From Candidatus Methylomirabilia bacterium (GTDB taxonomy: Bacteria > Methylomirabilota > Methylomirabilia > Rokubacteriales > CSP1-6), in contig JBGQEL010000077.1 in NCBI GenBank assembly GCA_041496385.1, positions 1 to 20,426 of the forward strand: a stretch of 20,426 nt of DNA, read 5' to 3'. Positions within the stretch are counted from its first letter, which is position 1. The number at the start of each line of letters is the position of its first letter. This document shows, one piece after another, positions 17,108-20,426 of the stretch. The notes below the pieces were generated by a model, which saw only the letters and a program-made list of their open reading frames with translations, searched no databases and was not told the DNA's origin. A program made the translations under genes and the position numbers.

Positions 17108-18262
17108 TTACTCGGCGTCCGCGTCGTCGTGGCGCAGCGGGGCGCCGGGCGCGAAGCGGTTCGGGTCGAAGAGCGAGAGGTCGATCGAGGGCGCGCCGTC
17201 GAGGATCCACTCGGCGGCGTAGCGGCCGGTCGCGGGGGAATGCTGGAAGCCGTGACCGCCGAAGCCGACGGCGAGGAAGACGCCGGGGGCGCCCCAGCCG
17301 ATGATCGCGTGGTCGTCGGGCGTCAGCGGACGCAGGCCCGCCCAGCCGCCGGCGATGCGCGCCTGCTCGATCAGCGGGAGCCGGTGCACGGCCTTCTGCA
17401 CCGTGTCCTCGACGCGGCCCCAGTCCATCGGCGCGTTCGTGTCCTCGCCGATGTCCTCGACGTCGCCGGGGCTCAGCAGCACCTGCTCCATCTCCTTGCG
17501 GAAGTAGAAACCGCTCGTCACGTCGGTCGTGAGCGGCACCGGCCCGGGGATCTCGGGGAAGGGCTCGGTGAAGAAGATGTGACGGCGCCGTGGGTGGACG
17601 GGCAGCGCGAGCCCCGCGAGGCGGCCGACGCGCGCCGCCGCGGGGCCGGCGGCGTTGACGGCCAGCGGGGTGGCGATCGGGCCCTGGCTCGTGACGACGC
17701 CCTTGAGGTGGTCGCCCGCCCGATCGAGCGCGGTCACCTCGACGCCCTCGACGATCCGGGCGCCGAGCTCGCGCGCGCGGCGCGCGAAGGCGTTGGTCAC
17801 CTCGGCCGGGCCCGCCATGCCGTCCTGCGGCCCCCAGACCGCGGCCAGCAGGTCGTCGACGCGCAGGGCGGGGACGAGCTTGCGCGCGTCGCCGGGCGAC
17901 AGCACGCGCACGTCCGCGCCGAGGCTCCGCTGGAGCGCGATCCGCTTCTCGAAGCCACGGAGCTGCGTCTCCGTGGACAGGAGATAGAGGTAGCCGATCT
18001 TCGTGTAGCCCGGGTCCACGCCGAACTCGTCCCGGAAGCGCTCGAAGACGCGGATGGACTCGAGCGCGAAGCGGATCTCGGTCGCGTGGGGGAACTGGAC
18101 GCGGATGCCGCCCGCGGCCTTGCTCGTCGTGCCGCTGCCGACCGACTCGCGCTCGAGGACGACGACGTCGGTCATCCCGCGCCGGGCGAGGTGGTAGGCG
18201 ATGGAGCACCCGACCACGCCGCCGCCGATGATCACCGCGCTGGCACTCCGGGGCAGGCTCAT
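17108..18262 (-). CDS. FAD-dependent oxidoreductase, DAO / sarcosine oxidase beta / glycine oxidase family, 384 aa
   Basis: Rossmann motif VIIGGGVVG, GSGTTSKAAGGIRVQF, VNAAGP, WAGLRPLTPDDHAIIG and GFGGHGFQHSPATG. Confidence 0.92.
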   Translation of the reverse strand: MSLPRSASAVIIGGGVVGCSIAYHLARRGMTDVVVLERESVGSGTTSKAAGGIRVQFPHATEIRFALESIRVFERFRDEFGVDPGYTKIGYLYLLSTETQLRGFEKRIALQRSLGADVRVLSPGDARKLVPALRVDDLLAAVWGPQDGMAGPAEVTNAFARRARELGARIVEGVEVTALDRAGDHLKGVVTSQGPIATPLAVNAAGPAAARVGRLAGLALPVHPRRRHIFFTEPFPEIPGPVPLTTDVTSGFYFRKEMEQVLLSPGDVEDIGEDTNAPMDWGRVEDTVQKAVHRLPLIEQARIAGGWAGLRPLTPDDHAIIGWGAPGVFLAVGFGGHGFQHSPATGRYAAEWILDGAPSIDLSLFDPNRFAPGAPLRHDDADAE

Positions 18263-18271
18263 GGACGCCCT

Positions 18272-18300
18272 ATGATGGAGGGGCCACGCTCACGACGCAA
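18272..18300 (-). promoter_or_regulatory. Putative sigma70-type promoter for a near-leaderless transcript of the FAD oxidoreductase
   Basis: On the - strand: TTGCGT (18300-18295), 17 nt, CATCAT (18277-18272), then only 9 nt to the ATG at 18262. No clear SD. Confidence 0.4.
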
Positions 18301-18303
18301 GCC

Positions 18304-19104
18304 TCAGAGCTGTCCGAAGAACACGAGATACTCGGACTTCAGGAAGCGCTCGAGGAGGAGCAGCAGCGCCGCGCCCGGCACCATCAGGACGATCGCGGTC
18401 ACGGAGGCGATCTGCAGCTCGTACCCCACGCTCGCCGTGTACATGTAGACCGGCAGCGTCGTGACGAAGGGAGCGCCGACCAGAAGCGTCCCCGTGAACT
18501 CGTCCAGCGAGTAGAGGAACACCAGCACGCCGCTCGCGACCAGGCCGGGCAGCGCCAGGGGGAGCGCGACCGTGAGGAATCCCCGCGTCGTGGAGGCGCC
18601 CAGATCCCACGCCGCCTCCTCGAGATCGCGGCCGATCGAGCGGAAGACCGCCGTCATCGTCCAGACCGCGAAGACCAGGCCGCCCACGAGGTGCACGAGG
18701 ATCACGCCGGGCACCGTGCCCGCGAGGCCCCACCGGTAGAACTCACGTGTCGCGCTCGCGAACACCGGCAGCTGCGGGAACGCCTGCGGCAGGAGGAAGA
18801 GGAGCAGCACCACCGTGCGGCCGGGGAAGGCGAGGCGCGCGAGGGCGTAGCCGAGCGGGACGGCGAACAGCACCGCCAGCAGCGTGACGGCCACGGCGAT
18901 CGCGAGGCCGAGGCGGAGGGGGTCGAGGAAGTCGCCGCTCAGGACACGCTGCCAGTAGCGGAGGCCGAAGCGCTGCGGCCAGGGGCTCGGGTACGTCCAG
19001 CGTTCGGCCAGCGACCAGACCGCGAGACTCGTGAGCGGCCCGACGATGACGAAGGCGATCGCCGCCAGGGCGGCCGCGCGGCCGGCGAGCCGCCCGAGCC
19101 TCAC
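18304..19104 (-). CDS. ABC transporter permease, PotC-like (polyamine/opine/phosphonate uptake family), 266 aa
   Basis: GTG start overlapping the upstream stop (GTGA). Multiple TM helices, EAA motif DLEEAAWDLGAS and FLYSLDEF. Confidence 0.9.
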   Translation of the reverse strand: MRLGRLAGRAAALAAIAFVIVGPLTSLAVWSLAERWTYPSPWPQRFGLRYWQRVLSGDFLDPLRLGLAIAVAVTLLAVLFAVPLGYALARLAFPGRTVVLLLFLLPQAFPQLPVFASATREFYRWGLAGTVPGVILVHLVGGLVFAVWTMTAVFRSIGRDLEEAAWDLGASTTRGFLTVALPLALPGLVASGVLVFLYSLDEFTGTLLVGAPFVTTLPVYMYTASVGYELQIASVTAIVLMVPGAALLLLLERFLKSEYLVFFGQL

Positions 19105-19862
19105 GCCACGAGCCGCCGCACGTACACGAGGGCGGCGCCCATCGCGAGGAGGTAGGCGACCACGCCGAGCGCCGAGGCGGTGGCGAAGTCGCCGTGCTGG
19201 CCGAAGCGGTAGTAGACGTCGATCATCAACATCTGCGCGCCGCTCCCGCGTCCCATCATCAAGGGGATCGAGAACGAGGCGAGCATCGACGAGAAGATCA
19301 GGATCGCGCTCACGCCGAGCGCGGGCGCCGCCATGGGCACGAGGATGTCGCGCGTCAGTCGGCCCCCGCCCGCGCCGACGTCGCGCGCCGCCTCGAGATA
19401 GCTCTCGTCCACCCCGCGGAAGGCGCCGAGCAGGAGCAGCGCCGCGAGGCCGAGGTGCTTCCAGGCCAGCGCGAGCGCGATGCCCGCCCAGGACGAGGCG
19501 AGCCCGGGCGCGTAGGGCGCGACGAACACGCGGAGCGCGTGACCCACGACCACGAAGGGCACGAAGAGCGGGACCTTCAGGAGGAACTCGACCGGGCCGA
19601 AGGCGCGCGCGCGGAGCCAGCCGCAGAGGGGGATCGCCGCGAGAAAGGTGAGGGCGGTGCCGGCCGCGGCGACGGCGACCGTATAGACGACGTCGCGCGT
19701 GTACAGGCGCCAGACGGTGCCGTAGTTGGCGAGCGAGAGCGCCCCGTCGCGCGTGAACGAGGCGGCGACCGACGCGACGAGCGGCCAGAGGAAGACCGCG
19801 CCCAGGATCGCGAGCGGGGGCGCGCAGAGCGCGCCCCAGAGCAGCCGCTCGCCGGCGCCTAT
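19101..19862 (-). CDS. ABC transporter permease, PotB-like, about 253 aa; start codon uncertain (probably ATA at 19862)
   Basis: TM helices from RLLWGALCAPPLAILGAVFLWPL, plus SLANY, PLFVPFVVVG and EAA motif SYLEAARDVGAG. The upstream extension to 20213 overlaps the SBP in another frame. Confidence 0.85.
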   Translation of the reverse strand: MGAGERLLWGALCAPPLAILGAVFLWPLVASVAASFTRDGALSLANYGTVWRLYTRDVVYTVAVAAAGTALTFLAAIPLCGWLRARAFGPVEFLLKVPLFVPFVVVGHALRVFVAPYAPGLASSWAGIALALAWKHLGLAALLLLGAFRGVDESYLEAARDVGAGGGRLTRDILVPMAAPALGVSAILIFSSMLASFSIPLMMGRGSGAQMLMIDVYYRFGQHGDFATASALGVVAYLLAMGAALVYVRRLVA

Positions 19863-20426
19863 CGGACGATCTCCTCGTACGCCAGCGTGATCAGGTCGTG
19901 ATACTCCTTGATCGGCATCTGGCGCGAGTATCGGGCGAGGTCGTCGGCGCTGACGCCCTTGAAGAGGAGCTCGCGCGTCTTGGCGTCGATGAGGGGCAGC
20001 ACGCGGTCCGGGTCCACCCCGGGGTACCAGCCGAACCGCTCCACGATGGCCTTGGCCTGCACCGCCGGCGTGGCGATGTAGTCGATGTAACGCACGGCCG
20101 CGTCGCGGCTGGCCGCTTCCCGCGGCACCACGAGATAGAGCGGGTAGATCGGCAGCCCGGGCGCGGGCAGGACCGGCGTGATCGCGGGGTCCATGCGCCC
20201 CTCGTTCTTCCACGCCACGAGCTGGTCGATCCAGACGACGCCGATCCAGATTTCCCCGCGGTTCAGCGCATCGAGCGTGCCGGCGTTGCCGTTCGTGATC
20301 AAGGCGCTCCGGTTGAAGTCGCGCAGCGCCGTGATCGCCTCGCGGATCGCGCCGTCCCTGGCCCGATCGAACGGGCCCTGCGTGAGCTGCTTGTAGAGGC
20401 CGGTCTTCCAGTACACCCAGCCCATC
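19859..20426 (-). CDS. Extracellular solute-binding protein (PotD / family 1-like), C-terminal part; 5' end lies outside the window
   Basis: Open from the right edge. TLDALNRGEIWIGVVWID, LVVPREAASRDAAVRYIDYIATPAVQA and GWYPG are typical of the class II SBP C-terminus. Directly followed by two permeases. Confidence 0.85.
   Translation of the reverse strand, partial: MGWVYWKTGLYKQLTQGPFDRARDGAIREAITALRDFNRSALITNGNAGTLDALNRGEIWIGVVWIDQLVAWKNEGRMDPAITPVLPAPGLPIYPLYLVVPREAASRDAAVRYIDYIATPAVQAKAIVERFGWYPGVDPDRVLPLIDAKTRELLFKGVSADDLARYSRQMPIKEYHDLITLAYEEIVR

Noticed and set aside
15990..18209. 739-aa ORF as an oxidase-cycloisomerase fusion
   Set aside because: The oxidase is in a different frame with its own stop at 17108. 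The enolase-family protein starts at ATG 17102.

Overview
Very GC-rich bacterial genomic window with dense metabolic and transport genes. The gene style is reminiscent of uncultured soil lineages such as Rokubacteria (inference only). The core is a LysR regulator (1527-2441, -) divergent from a tightly packed 13-gene + strand run (2523-13915). The run opens with an organophosphonate module: a phosphonoacetate hydrolase PhnA-like enzyme, a Zn-dependent alcohol dehydrogenase that has lost its structural-Zn cysteines, an aldehyde dehydrogenase that does not look like canonical PhnY, and a PhnD-E-C-E ABC importer. It continues with a TPR lipoprotein, a MaoC dehydratase, a SAM methyltransferase and LivG/F/M-like subunits. 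No phnW, phnX or C-P lyase gene is present in the window. The module therefore reads as an oxidative route, hydroxyalkylphosphonate (e.g. 2-hydroxyethylphosphonate) -> aldehyde -> phosphonoacetate -> acetate + Pi (inference). A convergent - strand run (>20426-13854) encodes a PotD/B/C-like ABC set, a DAO/sarcosine-oxidase-like flavoprotein, a muconate-cycloisomerase-like enolase-superfamily enzyme, and the LivK/LivH-like subunits that complete the split ABC transporter. The left end carries an amidohydrolase, a truncated hypothetical gene and a 54-bp CTAG-bounded inverted-repeat element. No rRNA, tRNA, CRISPR array or transposase was seen.
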